Assembly: GCA_012026655.1 (NCBI GenBank)
Contig: JAAILG010000039.1
Coordinates: forward strand, 1-64,000
DNA from: Hydrolagus affinis
Taxonomy: Eukaryota
Reading direction: 5' to 3'
DNA length: 64,000 nucleotides
Shown: positions 40,001 through 52,955 of the stretch, piece by piece
How positions within the stretch are numbered: position 1 is the first letter of the stretch
Layout: each line of letters begins with the position of its first letter
The notes under the pieces: model-generated
The model's input: the letters and a program-made list of their open reading frames with translations, nothing else
Told to the model about the DNA's origin: nothing
Databases searched by the model: none
Made by a program: the position numbers and the translations under genes

Positions 40001-41197
40001 CAACAAATAATTAAATTATAAGAATTTTAGTCACCCAATCCATGACTGTTTGTGGGATACACCTGTGCACAATTAGCTGCTATGTTTCAGCTGCAAAATA
40101 TATTACAGTATATTTTGTGAAGTGCTTTGAGACATCTAGAAGACGTGATAATGATAATATGATAATCTTTGCATTTGTTGTAGTGCTTTAGTCGTCTCAA
40201 AGCACTTCAGACAATATACTGCAAAGCAAATTGACTGTTTATTTGTGGGCGAAACGCAGCAACCAATTCGGCATAACAGTGGCACAATATCAAATGCAAG
40301 GATTATTATCATTTAACAATAAATTGCAAAGGAGATGGGGATGGAAGGATGATGCACAATAAAAGAGAAAGGTCTTGAGATGAGCCTTTGAGGGATGGAG
40401 TTCCAGAGGGTGGGGGCAGAAAGGCCGAAGGCCCAACTGTCAATGGTGGGGTAGGCAGAAGACATGAAACAGGCCAGTGCCTGTCAAGAAGAGGGAATGG
40501 GAAGGTTGGTAAGATGTTAGACTGGTACAGAGGAAAGGAAGGACAAGACTGTGAAGGGTTTTAAAAGTTACGACGAGAATCTTAATTCAACTCAATCGTC
40601 TTGGGGATGGGGGGCCAGTGAAGCCGGGTGTGGGGGGTGGGTGATTGGCTCATGGAGCTCGGCACAGAAGGGAACACAAGCTGCAGAATTCTGAATAATC
40701 TACAGTCTGTGAGGGCAGAGTTTGGAGATCTGGAGAGCATGGAGTCAGCATTAAAACCCGGACACGACAAAAGCATACAAACATAAAGCATATTTTCTGA
40801 TGCGTTGTAAATAGTATTCAAGCTAGAATACTTACTGGCTGAGTTGGTAAAGGCAGACATGGTGAGGAAACAAAGAAAATGGTGAAACATTACACCATTG
40901 GTTTAGGGACATTCTATGAAAGTGGTCACAGAAGATGCACAAAAGACCGAATTGTATTCCAATCAAACATAATCTCCACTAAATATTAAAATATTTTCAG
41001 CTAAAGACACATTTCACATTAAACTTATTCTAGGAGTCCAAACGTTGCATGTTCTATATTAGTAATTACTTACACAGAGATTATTGCAGATTACATTGGT
41101 CATTTGGATTCAACCTTTATAAAAATGAATACTTACCCAGGCAGACATGTACCAAGTTGAGAAAGATGGATTTGTAGACCTTCCTTAAGTTCTTCAT
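28028..41197 (-). CDS. CDHR1: Cadherin-related family member 1 (photoreceptor cadherin, 861 aa); exons 41197-41137, 39501-39406, 39261-39116, 38552-38502, 37899-37810, 37705-37619, 37506-37390, 37297-37154, 36914-36836, 35882-35782, 35293-35090, 34580-34428, 34343-34179, 33466-33399, 31567-31339, 30292-30038, 28567-28028
   Basis: 17 GT-AG exons sum to 2586 nt in one open frame. Cadherin motifs ([49 protein letters not shown]), N-terminal [24 protein letters not shown] followed by [13 protein letters not shown], tail [13 protein letters not shown]. Confidence 0.96.
30670..30970 (-). mobile_element. Full-length Deu-domain SINE
   Basis: Reverse complement of 9917-10217. Confidence 0.8.
36170..36790 (+). 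mobile_element. L2 LINE 3' fragment
   Basis: L2 C-terminal-type sequence, GCCTTCAGCC core and (TTG)n tail. Confidence 0.8.
38661..38720. repeat. Perfect 26-bp inverted repeat with an 8-nt spacer
   Basis: ATTCTTTCATCCAGAGTGGGCTGGTA-TGCAACCC-TACCAGCCCACTCTGGATGAAAGAAT. Confidence 0.95.
39888..40311. mobile_element. Long-subfamily SINE (+) with an oppositely oriented SINE fragment (~40150-40280) inserted near its tail
   Basis: SINE body, then reversed tail/body, then the resumed tail ATATCAAATGCAAGGATTATT. Confidence 0.7.
40320..40740 (-). mobile_element. L2 LINE 3' fragment
   Basis: GGAGTTCCAGAG..GGCCGAAGGC, reverse of the L2 core. Confidence 0.7.
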
Positions 41198-41630
41198 CAC
41201 AGTGATGGGATTGAATCTTGTTTTTTTTAAATGACAAAGAAATTGATATTAAAGTTTCTTATTTCTGAAGGAGTTGGCGATCCTTGAAGTGCCTATTTGA
41301 GAGGCTGGAGCTGGACAGAAAGATTGACAGCAGCTAAGGTTTTAATCCAATGACACATCCTGAGGAGTCTGCAAGCTGCTTTCTCAGGTAAATCCTTCAG
41401 TAATATCACAGCATGTAAATCTGCTGTTTACAGGAATTTGGATTCCCCTTAAAGTGTTTGTGTGGATGGAGAGGGGTCAAAAGAGACTTTCATTTTAACT
41501 TCACAAGCTAAAAGAGGTAAATCCCCAAATACTGTATCTACTGCTTTGATTTGCAAGCAAATCATGAAATCAGTGATAAATGTCCAGACAAATGTTAAGT
41601 TGTTTCTTGGATGAAAATTAATCCTGTTGG
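41198..41630 (-). promoter_or_regulatory. CDHR1 5' UTR/promoter with CRX/OTX-type sites
   Basis: TAATCC at 41343-41348 and ~41620, upstream of the ATG. Confidence 0.4.
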
Positions 41631-43599
41631 AATGTATCTTTGTGTCTCATATGTGGCAGCACCATGATCAAAAATAGCCAAGAACATTGTCCATTAACTA
41701 CTTACATGCTTCAGCTTTTCTGTCATCAGGTTCTACAATATCCCGAGTCTTTTTTTTATTAAAGGGGTTCTGTCAAAGTGTTTGGTGATTTTTCAGTTGT
41801 AGGAGGGAGAAGGGATTCATGACAATGACAGTATGGTGAATTATTGTATCATCATTACCATTTTGTTTTGCGAAATAAGGTTTGGTAAATACTTTTCTGT
41901 GTAACCAGTGCCCATTTGAAGACAGAACATGTTGTACATTGATGATAATAATAATAATCCTTGCATTTGATAAAGCACACCTTATTACATCTTCAAGACA
42001 TCTCGTAGCACATCAGAATGTACTACGCACTGCACACTGGGCAAAATGAGTCAGCCAATTGATTTCTTTAATAGTGAAAATCAAATGATGCACAATTTAT
42101 ATTTCCAGCAACAGTGACTCAGAGCACAGAGCAGGATTTATATTCCACATTTTATTAGGGATGTGCAGAGCTACATTAATCAGCACAATTGGGCTGGTAA
42201 CATTGTGTATTTGGCGAAGTAAAAAATCTGTTTGCAGCTTGGAATCAATTTTGTTGTTAAAATCGATGTCTGACGCATGCTGAAACGTATCAATCCAAAC
42301 CAAATTGAATTCGACAGTTGTGCACCACTTACACTTGGATATTTCTCTATGTCTAGAATGCTTGTCCCTGCTCGTCTGGCTAAGCCAGGGAACCTGAAGG
42401 ACTTTGCTTTACTATGTTAAAATGAATTGAGTGGGTAGAATTCCCTATTCCCGGTGACTGACCTGTGCCTCTTCAAGCCAATGAACAAGACTGGTTGTCC
42501 TTTCATCAGTGATGGCTGGAGTTCTGTGAGCCCTTTTCATATTTTTCTATCTTTTCATATTTTGTTACAAAAGCCTTTCATTTCAGCACCTTGGGACATC
42601 CTCCCAACATGAAAGGTGCAATACAAATGTAATTTTGTGGTTCATTTTGTCCCATTATAGAGACAAAATAAAAGATCTCTGTGGTGGAAAATTGCCATGT
42701 GATATGCCCTAGAATTGTTTTGCTGGTTTTAAAACCAAAACTTAAACTGCTTAATAAATATTGTGCAACAATCACTTAATAACGTGACCCTGTCTTAACT
42801 TGTCACAAACAATTAATCATCATGCTGTCAATATCCTGGCCATATTTATATATGTACTAGCTGTACCTATTTCAGCTATGCTTGCAAACAAACAATCCAA
42901 TCTGGAATGTAGATTGACACACAGACAGACATTTCATCTTGATCTAAACTCAACTGGGGGGACTCCTGTGGGAGGACTCCTTTTGGAAAGACTTAGTGAG
43001 AGATCTCCGTGCTTTAAAAGTGTAATTTGGGTGTTGTTGCTGCAGCTTAGCTTCACCTGTGTTCTTTTTCTTTGTTTCTGCCGTTACTTGCATATTGCAT
43101 GATGCAGGATGTCACAGCACCACGGTCAGCTGGCGCGGCCACCAGGTGTAACTGCAGTATTTACTTGGTGCTCTGTGACCCATCACACTGCTTTGACTTG
43201 GCAGCCGCCATATCTGCAGCGAAAAACGGAAAACCCAAATACATTTTAGCTCATAACTTCTGAATGATAGGAGAAACCCCAAAACAAATAGCCCATATCA
43301 CGTCCAGCCGCAAGACCTTTCTACTGAGGCATAAATCATCCCTGTATATCAAATGGTTATTGAGATCCTTTTTGAAGTGCAAACAGACAGGCAGTATCAG
43401 TTTATTAGTATGAAATACTAGTAACTCACTGCTCCGGATAACTCATCAATGAGCCTGTTTCCCTGGGAGTTATGAGTTATCAGAAGTTTACTGATTTATG
43501 GATTGACTGGTGTGCCAATTCATCCACATCATATATAAATCATGCAAAAGAGTTTCTCATTCAGTGGTAAAGCTGTATACTTCAACTGGAGGTTCACAT

Positions 43600-44215
43600 C
43601 CCAGGTAATAATTCCTTCAAAAACATTAATAAATTGGCCAATCGATCCATAACCATGGGACATTGCTGTGTGCAATTGGCTGCTGGGTTTTGCCTATATA
43701 TAACAACAACAAAAATTACATTTATAGAGCGCCTTTCACATTGGGAGGATGTCCCAAGGCGCTGAACAGTTAGGAGTTGGGACTTGAGCACGGTGGAGGG
43801 GCAGGGTAGGGGGAGGGGAGGCAGAGAGGTGGGAGGGCGACAGAAGGCACGATAGAGCAGGAGGGTCTTGAGATTGGCTTTGAAGGAGGCAAGGGAGAAA
43901 GCGAGGCGAAGGAACTGTGGGATGGAGTTCCAGAGTATGGGGGGCAGAAAGGCTGAAAGTCCGGCCACCGATGGTAGGGCACCTTGGGTGGGAAACATGG
44001 AGCAAACCGGAATGGAAGCAGCCCGCTTAATGGAAGGGCAGGTTGATAGGGAGTCAGCAGATCTGAGAGATAGGAAGGGGCAAGGTCGTGAATGGGCTTG
44101 AAAGTGTACAGTCAATTAACTTTATGGAAAATTCTGTGAAGCACTTTGAGACATCTCAAAGTCGTGATAAGGTGATATATCAAATGCAAAAATGATTATT
44201 ATTATTATTATTGTT
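43600..44215. mobile_element. SINE (+) interrupted by an L2 3' fragment (-, ~43701-44105)
   Basis: SINE core ends at ..TTTTGCCTATATA, L2 (CAA)n tail begins, SINE resumes at TACAGTCAATTAACTTT. Confidence 0.8.
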
Positions 44216-45349
44216 AATTTGTGTCTGTTTCCATGGGCCTTGTGTACTCAGAGAGAGCCCTGGGATGGGACAGGCTTAAACTTTTTGGTTGGAAAATCAA
44301 AGTCAGCATTGATGATGACTACAGAGAAGATTAGAGCCTTTGGGTACCCAGAATGTCATACCAGTCTAGCCAGTGAAGTAGAGAGGCTGAGGACAAAATA
44401 AAAGTTTTCACAAAATAGAAAACCTTATGTAATGTTAGCAAATATTGATAGCAAAAGCAATTTGGGGTTTAATGTGATGCTTAACTACTTAGCCAAATGA
44501 TGAATGTTTTGGGATTAATTTGAATTCAGTTTTCCAAAATAATTTAACCTTTATTGAAATGTCACATTACTTTAGTTTAAATCAGTAATCGCATTGCTGG
44601 AATTACAGCTTCATGTCTCGTACTAACCTTTCTCCAGGGCTGACATCATATAACTGTACCATCTGATTTCTTGTTCAAATCCAAACGTGTAGTGCAATGT
44701 TTAACAAACTCCACATTTATTCAGCGGAACAAAACAAACAAAACAGGAAAGGCATTTTGAGCTGAATTGTTGTGACAACGGGGTTTCCAATTAAAATTCC
44801 TGGAACCAGAAATTTCCCATGGTTTTCGCCTTAAAGACAATTATTCTTAACATTTATGGTTTGCAGAATATTGGAAAACCATGAAGAGGGTCTATCTCAG
44901 GATAGGTATTATAAGTTACCTTGGCATGTATGTAGAAAATAATATAGGAGTAAGTTTGATTACTCTAGCATATGTCGAGAAATATGTTTAGCTGTGCTTT
45001 AGTTTGTGTTAGAGAGAATATTTGGTAGTGTTAATGGTAGTGTATTTGTGAAACTAATCATTTTCTATCGCCCTCCTTATATGCAGTATTGATGATGTGT
45101 GTAGGTGATCACTTTATATCTTCCTGGTATTGTGTGATGTGGAAGAAAGTGGATGTTGCTTCATAGTGTAGATAATTGCGCTTTGTACTTAATTGGGTTT
45201 GTGCAATTTTCTCAACCATCTGAATGCATAAAATTCTAAATGTTCTGATTCACAGATATTCAACTAGCTTTTGACATATCATTAATGGTGATGCCACATC
45301 AATCAGTGATGAGGATTGTGAAGATGTATCAGGTTTAATATGTATCCTG

Positions 45350-45630
45350 CTTCATGTCCTATCTGCCCCACCATCAGAAGATGAGCTTTCCGCCATTTTG
45401 TTCCTGCTTCCTGGAACTCTATCTCAGACACAAGAGACCCTCTGACTCACCCTATCTCTCCCCACTTTACAAAAGCCCTCCTTGACTTGCTTCTTTGACT
45501 GTGCCTTCAGTCATCTTTCCCTCCCCCACCACCCTCTTCAGCGCACCCTCCCCGCAGAGGACATGGGTGCCTGGAAAGCACTTTAAGAATGTCCCCCGGA
45601 CATGAAAGGCATTGTATAAATGTAAATTGT
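45350..45630 (+). mobile_element. L2 LINE 3' fragment
   Basis: CTGGAACTCT..TGTGCCTTCAGTCA..TATAAATGTAA. Confidence 0.6.
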
Positions 45631-47407
45631 CTTCATTGATTTCAAGAAAACCAAAATGTATCCCATTTGTAAGGAAGCAGTCAGGGTTAAAGAAGCTTGA
45701 GTGTTGAGAGTCTGAGCAGAGGGTGACAAGTTTAAACTGACATTAAATTCTACTTAGGCCATGTTGTAGGTTCCTATTCAAGCCATGGCCGTGGAACTCT
45801 CTGCACTGACTATGGGGGGGGGGGGAAGTTATTGATGGGTTTGCAAATGGCACATAAGAAGATCTTAAACCCAACGACCCTGTACGAAAACATAGTATCA
45901 AGTAATAGTCAGACAACATGCAAACAGACCATTTGACTCAACTAGTCCATGCCGTTATTTATACTCCACACAAACTCCCACCCCTCTGATTCCCATCACC
46001 TACACTCTTATATTCCCTTTAGCCTCATATGTGCATTGTTTAAAACTGTTTTAAACATTGTTTTAAATACAAAAACATGGATGCAATGGATGTTTAAATG
46101 CAATCTAACAATTTGAAAGACTGCTGCTAATCTGTCTTGACACATGTAGGTCATTCATTAATTTAAAAGGTTTGGTTTCTGGACCAGATATCTGCTGACA
46201 ATACTGGTGGTCTGTTACATTCCCTAACACATACTGGCTGCGAAAGGCATGTTATTATTGAGAGAAAAACATGGGTTAAACTCTGCTGCTGATGAGAACA
46301 GTTCAATGTTGCTTTAACCTGTATTCTTAGTGGTGCAGTGGGCTCCTGCAATGTGAATGTTTCAATTCACCTTTGGATGACATTGCTGTTAAGTTGTATC
46401 CAGCCAATCAGAGCACTCATTGCCAAAGCTATTTGCTTTCTTGAGTCACAGATTGGATTAATCTGCTACTTAGTGAAATCCACGTGCTGCGTCCTTGTCA
46501 AAAATAGCTTAAAAACCTTTTGATTAGTATGACAATTCAGAATTTGGGTTTTAAAATGCTTTTCACCCTAATTAGTTGAGATGGAAACATTTTTTCTGCC
46601 TTTATATCAATTATTTATTTCAGGATTTGGTTCTGTTCATCAAATTGAATGATGGTTTTTCTTTGCTGAGGAGTCAAACTTTCTTTTTCTGTTTTTCTGT
46701 ATGAAGTCAAGAGGATATGTAACGTAATAATACCTCTTTACTTCCTTTAATCTGATTTAGGAAAAGCACTGCCAATGCAACAATGTGACCATTTGAGTTT
46801 CCCATTCTAGGACCACTTTATGGCAGTATTTGTTCATACTCCAATGCTTGCATACTATATTTTGAACTGATGTCTGTGTTTTGCACTTGTTTGTAAAGTC
46901 TGGAGTGTCTTTTATTAGCTTGAGAACTACTACACGATTGTTAACTATTTAAAAGTAGTGGTGACAAGTGCTGGATTTGTGTAAATTGGAATGAGACTTA
47001 ATCAGTGCAAGAGCCAGTCATATTAACCTATGGTAAATCTCCAGTCATTAGAGTGGAACGGGGCTCTCGATCTCAGGTTTTGCAAATATGAACATGAATA
47101 TGTTTGTGGGGAATACAACAATAAGTAAGTACTGTATATGTGTGGGGAGGAGAAAGTGAAAAGACATATTATATACATGCTCTTTACAGCAGGGGCAGCC
47201 TGGAATCTGGATTATGAGCTAAAATGTCTCGCCATGGGGCTTGGAGGCAACGATTTGGACAAGGGTAACAGCATAGAATCATGATGAACACAGTAGCTGG
47301 TAAAGTTATCTGTCAAAGTCTGATGTGACCGATGTGCAGATGACATGAATCAAACAAGTACAGTTTGCTGTACTGCTGCCTCTGCTTCCATAGCACAAGG
47401 GCAGATG

Positions 47408-47421
47408 GTGCCATCTTGTGG
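47408..47421 (-). promoter_or_regulatory. CTCF-like motif
   Basis: Minus strand CCACAAGATGGCAC resembles the CTCF core consensus. Confidence 0.45.
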
Positions 47422-47789
47422 TCCAAATTGAAAGTGTGTACAGTACTGTACAGTAAGTGAACATGTGAGAAGTGGAGTGGTCTGAAACTTTCTATGATTT
47501 TAGTTACAGCAAGCAAAGTGTCCTGTAGTTAATGACTGTCAAAGCGTAGTCCAATGATTGGAAGGAACCCACCACCCACAGAAAGTAGTTTCAGGAGCAA
47601 TTTGATTCAACTGCAGCTGGACCAAACACAATCAATGCAAATCACTGTAGGTATATTTTTCTCCATTCCAGAGACGTTAAAAAAAACAATCCCTTGTGGT
47701 TCAATGATGGTTTCCTTCAGTTTTGTTCAAGAGCTGGCTGAGTGACCTGTCCTTTAATACCTTTAGATAACAAACACCCACCATTATAT

Positions 47790-47880
47790 CCAGTTCTGAC
47801 GAAGAGTCGTGGACCTGAAACGTTGACTCATTTTTCCATTTTCCATAGATGCTGCCTGACCTGCTGAGTGTTCCCAGCTC
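47790..47880 (+). mobile_element. Penelope-like fragment containing a minimal hammerhead ribozyme motif
   Basis: AGTT-CTGACGA-AGAGTCGTGGACCT-GAAA-CGTT-GACT, followed by TGCTGCCTGACCTGCTGAG. Confidence 0.65.
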
Positions 47881-49809
47881 ATGGGGTGTATGTTAGCTCT
47901 TTGAAACAGACATCCATTTAGCATTAAATCTCAGAAGCTCACAAGAAGATGAGGTCAGTGTCAATGGACTTACTTAAAACAACGCAATACGATTCAAAAG
48001 TCATTTTTTCCTATGACGCATGTGGATACTTTAATGCCCAGTATCCTGGGATGTCTTCCGAGTGTAATTTGTTGTTGCTATTTGCAATTTACTGTAAATT
48101 GGGTTGTTCAATTTATAATTCAAAGTCCATGTGTGATGAATTGTGCCTTTTTTTAAGTACATTGATGGTTTATGGTTTGCCACTGCACTCCATCCACTGA
48201 ATGTCCCAGAGGATTATGCAAAGTAGGTTGACCACAAGAATATGATTAAAATGTCTGTGTGACTCCATAAGAAGCTTTGTTGGTAAATTACCACAGGCAA
48301 GAGAAGTTGACAAGACCCAGATTAAATGTTCACCCACAAAATATACAGTCAATTCACTTTACAATATATTCTGTGAAGCACTTTCAGATGTCTTGAAAAT
48401 GTGATAAGGTGCTACATCAAATGCAAGGGTTATTATTAAAGAGTTGCCAGGGAATAGATGGTTCTTTAGTTCAAAGCCGTGCAATGCGTAGAAATGACTG
48501 TGCATAGAAGTTGCATTCAGTGTTAGAAGAATGCATTCACATTACACCATTAAACGTTTCTCATACACTCAAACTGTATATGGTATGCCTAAAATGCATA
48601 AAACAGTTTGTCAACTCAAGAAAAACAGAAGTCACCAGCAATTTGTGTCCCCTGACCCATGTCATCACTATGATGCCAACCAACCAAAGGTTGTAGTTTC
48701 CAGTGCTGTAGTTGCAACAACATCAATGTGTGGTTGGGATTGACAAGTTTACTTTCCAGCTTCTAAAGCACAACATTGTGTTCTATTTCTGGCTTAAGGA
48801 ACCACAAAGGAGACATAGAGTATGAATTGAGGAGAAATTGATCACTGCTGCTTAAAGATTTGTATCCCCCACCCACACACACACACACATTTGCATAAAT
48901 AACCAGTAGGCTGATAGTTAAATAACGCCTAAATAAACAATGGGGTGGACAACAGGTTAACAAATCAGAATGAGTGACAGCAGTGACTTCATCACCTGGT
49001 CATGGCTGCTAAACCTCAAACACACAAACAGGCAGATGGGGAGACACGACCTGCTGCTCAAAACTTTAGATTGGGATTTTTTAGGACTTCAGCATTGGGT
49101 GAGGTTGAAGTTTTATTTTTAATATGTTTTCTCATTCACCAAATGCTGCTCTGACAAACTTCCAACAATCTTTGTAGTTTTGTTTAATGAAGATAATTTG
49201 TGTTATCTGATGAGGTTTTAGGCCCACAAGCGCTAGTGATTTTTAGGATGTGTCCCATCAGGATGTATAGCCGTTCAACATTTGTGTCAGTAAATCCCAT
49301 CATGAATTTATGTTGTTTTGCTATTTGTGGTGAACAAGACAATTTGGGGAAAGGTGATCACTGGTCCTTGAGGCTTATGTAAGGGTTTGGTAATCCAGCT
49401 ACAGATCAATGTAATTTGGAAGTAAGTGCCTTTGGTGCTGCTTTAGGTTCATCTTCAAGTAATAATAATAATCCTTGCATTTGATGTAGTGCTTTTCATG
49501 TCTTCTAGACATCTCAAAGTGCTTCACAGAATATAACTTTCAAATATCACTTTGGCCCGAGAGCTTTCTGTGCCCGCCATAACCTGAATCCCAGCTGCAC
49601 TTTCTGAGATATTGTATTCAAATATATATAAATCAATACAGTTGTATGTATGAAAATCACTTTGAAAATCTAACCAAACAACTTAACCACAGGGTACCCG
49701 TTATAATAAATGAAGCGACATGGTTATATTCTGATAAAAACAGAACATGAAAGATAGGTCATAATCTGTTCAAAATAATAATATAAATACACTTTGTAAA
49801 AAATAATAA

Positions 49810-50190
49810 ATCGGTCATGTAATCCATGACTGCTTGTGGGACTCTGCTATGTGTAATTGGCTGTCGTGTTTCACCCACAAATTATACAGTCAATTCATTT
49901 TACAGGATATTCTGTAAAGACATCTCAAAGATCTGATAAGGTACTATATAATAATAATAATCCTTGCATTTGATAAAGCACTTTTCGCGTCTTCAAGATG
50001 TCTCAAAACACTTCACAGAATAAATATACTGTAAAGTGAATTGACTGTATAGTTGTGGATGAAATGCAGCAGCCAATTGTGCATAGCAATGTGCCCAAAA
50101 CAGTCGTGGATTGAAGTGACCAAATTATTATTGTTTTGTTTTCTTTAAGGACTATTAACAGGCATGTGGAGTAAGGAAACTTGACAAGGG
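49810..50190. mobile_element. Two SINE copies tail-to-tail (+ ~49810-49950; - ~49950-50190)
   Basis: Both match the Deu-domain SINE in opposite orientations. Confidence 0.75.
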
Positions 50191-50884
50191 AATCGAACCC
50201 AATAATATCAATGAAATTCAATGATAGTAATAATCAAATGATAATTATTGTAGAAGAAAGTTATACCTTTGACTCTCCATTCCCAAAAAGTAACACAGTG
50301 TGTCAATTTTTCTTTTATGTTTCAGAAACGTGGGTGGTTACCTCCCACTGGAAGCAAGTTAAACACGGTGAATTGCAAATTCTGTAGCTATCTGTTAGAA
50401 TTAAGAATGTTTGTCCATGATATCACCATGATTCATAATAGTACTTTAGTCAATGGTCTGTTACTGTTCTTTTTGAACATTACTTGCATCATGGGGAAAT
50501 ATGTTCCAGTTGACAGTCATCTTGTGAGGATGGAATAAATTGTGTGACCCACAAATAAGGATTTTCCAGAAATCTTTGAATTCTATCTGAATTCTACCAT
50601 AAGATGATTTCTTGTCATTTCAAAGCAAACTGGAAAAGGCCAACTTTCAAATTAAGTTTGTATGTAGGAAATCTTAAAATGTAAAACAAAAGACTTAAGA
50701 TAAGTAAGAAATCTGGGTCACTATTTTTCAGTTCCTGCTTCCTGTTCCAAATAAGAGGTTAAGAAAAATCATTATTCTTGTGTTTTCTTTTCCTTTCAGA
50801 CATATGCAGTTTGTGTCCAGTATATAAACAAAAACAAATCTTAATTTGGTAAGCATAATCCTTTGTTTCTGGCTAAAGGTGGGT

Positions 50885-51140
50885 AAATAATAATAACCCT
50901 TGCATTTGATATATCAGTGGTGCTTTTCACAACTTCTAGACGCTTCTCAGAATATACTGCAAAGTAAATTCATAGAATCATAGAATTTTATAGCAAAAAG
51001 CAGGCCATTCGGCCCATCGTATCTGTGCCAGCTCTTTGAAAAGAGCTATTCAAAGTCAATCCCACTCCTCAGCTCTCCCCATAACCCTGCAAACTTGTCC
51101 TCCCTGACTGTATATTTACAGGCGAAATGCAGCAGCCAAC
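50885..51140 (-). mobile_element. SINE interrupted by a CR1 3' tail (~50971-51105)
   Basis: SINE ..GCAAAGTAAATT | CATAGAATCATAGAA..GGCCATTCGGCCCATCG.. | TGACTGTATATTT resumes. Confidence 0.75.
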
Positions 51141-51894
51141 TTTGTTTTAAATTTAAATGTTGCACTGGTGCAAAGTTACTGAGTAAATTCACCAGTTTAG
51201 TTTAAATAGAGGGTAGTTAGAATGCGGAATGCTTTGCTGCAATTGTTAAAGTTAATGATAACTTTAATTACATTTAAAGGAGGATTGAATAAATACTGCA
51301 AGAACAATAACATTGAAGTGTATGGGAAAAAGTAGAAAAATGGGTTTATGCTACAGTAGATAGCATTGGCAGTGGAGATGGCATCAGCAGAAACACAATG
51401 GGAGGTTATGGGGGAAAGGGAGGTGATTGGAAATGCTGTAAAGGTGAACCCAATGTCTGCAGACAATGTGACTGAGTGGGAGTATATAGATATTGAAAAG
51501 GGCATACCCTAGGAGAGAGTGATGAGGAATTTTCCTTAGATGAGATCAAGGGGAGATGTCAGGAGAGGTACGAGTGACACAAGGGAAGTGCTGAGCAACA
51601 GAAATGAATCATGGAGGAGAGATAACAGAGAGGGTTATCTCTGCTGCCTGTCAGAGGCAGCAGAGAATTTGAGGAGGTCAAGAAGACAATATGCCCTGGT
51701 TGCAGACAGAGAGAATGTCATTGATGACTTTAACTTGGATCAAGGAAACTGTTGGTGGGTTTTGCCATGTACAGTATTTCTAAGAAAAATTCTAAGATAA
51801 AGATTCTAATTTCAGATGTTTGTAAATAGGCTCTAAAATAGTTTGTTGTTTTCAATTTAAACCCTTCATTTTTTTCATTTTTAACACAGACATC

Positions 51895-52915
51895 ATGGGA
51901 GGGAAATTGTCCACAGATGATCTCCACATTGTCATAGTTGGTGGTGGCTTTGGAGGGACCACAGCGGCAAGGCAATTAAAAGCTCAACAAATTCCTTACA
52001 CATTGATCGACATAAAGTTGGCCTTCCACCACAACATGGGAGCCCTCAGAGCATCGGTGAAGAGTGGTACATCAGTGGAAACTAATGCTTTCTAAAACTG
52101 ATCCTTGGTTGTAGGACTGGGTATTGAATGTTTGGACAGAGATGAATTGGAAGGATTACTGTGATGTTTAATAATGATAATTCTTGAATTTGATATAGCG
52201 CTTTCACATCTGCTAGACATCTCAAAGCGCTTCACAGAATATACAGGAAAGTGAATTGACTGTATATTCGTGGGCAAAATCCAGCAGCCAATTGTGCACA
52301 GCAGTGTCCCATAAAACAGTCGTGGAATTAAATGACCATTTTTATTATTGTTTCTTTTTTCACAAGATTATTTTCAGGCATGTGGAGTAAGGAAACTTGC
52401 CCAAGGTTTTACCCTGCCTGGAATTGAACCCAATTCTCTTACTTGCAAAGCGATCGCTCTAACCACTGAGCTACAGGACTCCACAAGACCCAGCCATCTC
52501 ATTGTCCCACCCCACCCCCACCCCCATCCCGAACCTGGCTCCCCACCTTTCCCATCGTAATTTTAAAATATTCAATCTCTATGGCAGCAACAATGAAATC
52601 ACAAGCATTATATAAGTCTGAATAAGATGCTTAAGCTGTACTGATTCCTGCAGTGTGATTGCTTCATATTCATTCTGCAAGTCCCATACAGCTCCCTGAA
52701 TGAAATGATAAAAATAATCCTTACAATTGATATAACAACTCGAATGTGGAAAATGTTGTAAAGCAACATTAGATTCCTAAATGGTCACCATCTAAAAACA
52801 GACCATCCGAAAACTGAGAAATGTGTGTGGGCACTGCAGACCAGATCTGACTTTAGCCCTAGGAATCCAGAAGGGAATGTATAAATACATATGCAAGATT
52901 TGGATACTTGATTGG

Positions 52916-52955
<40 letters not shown>

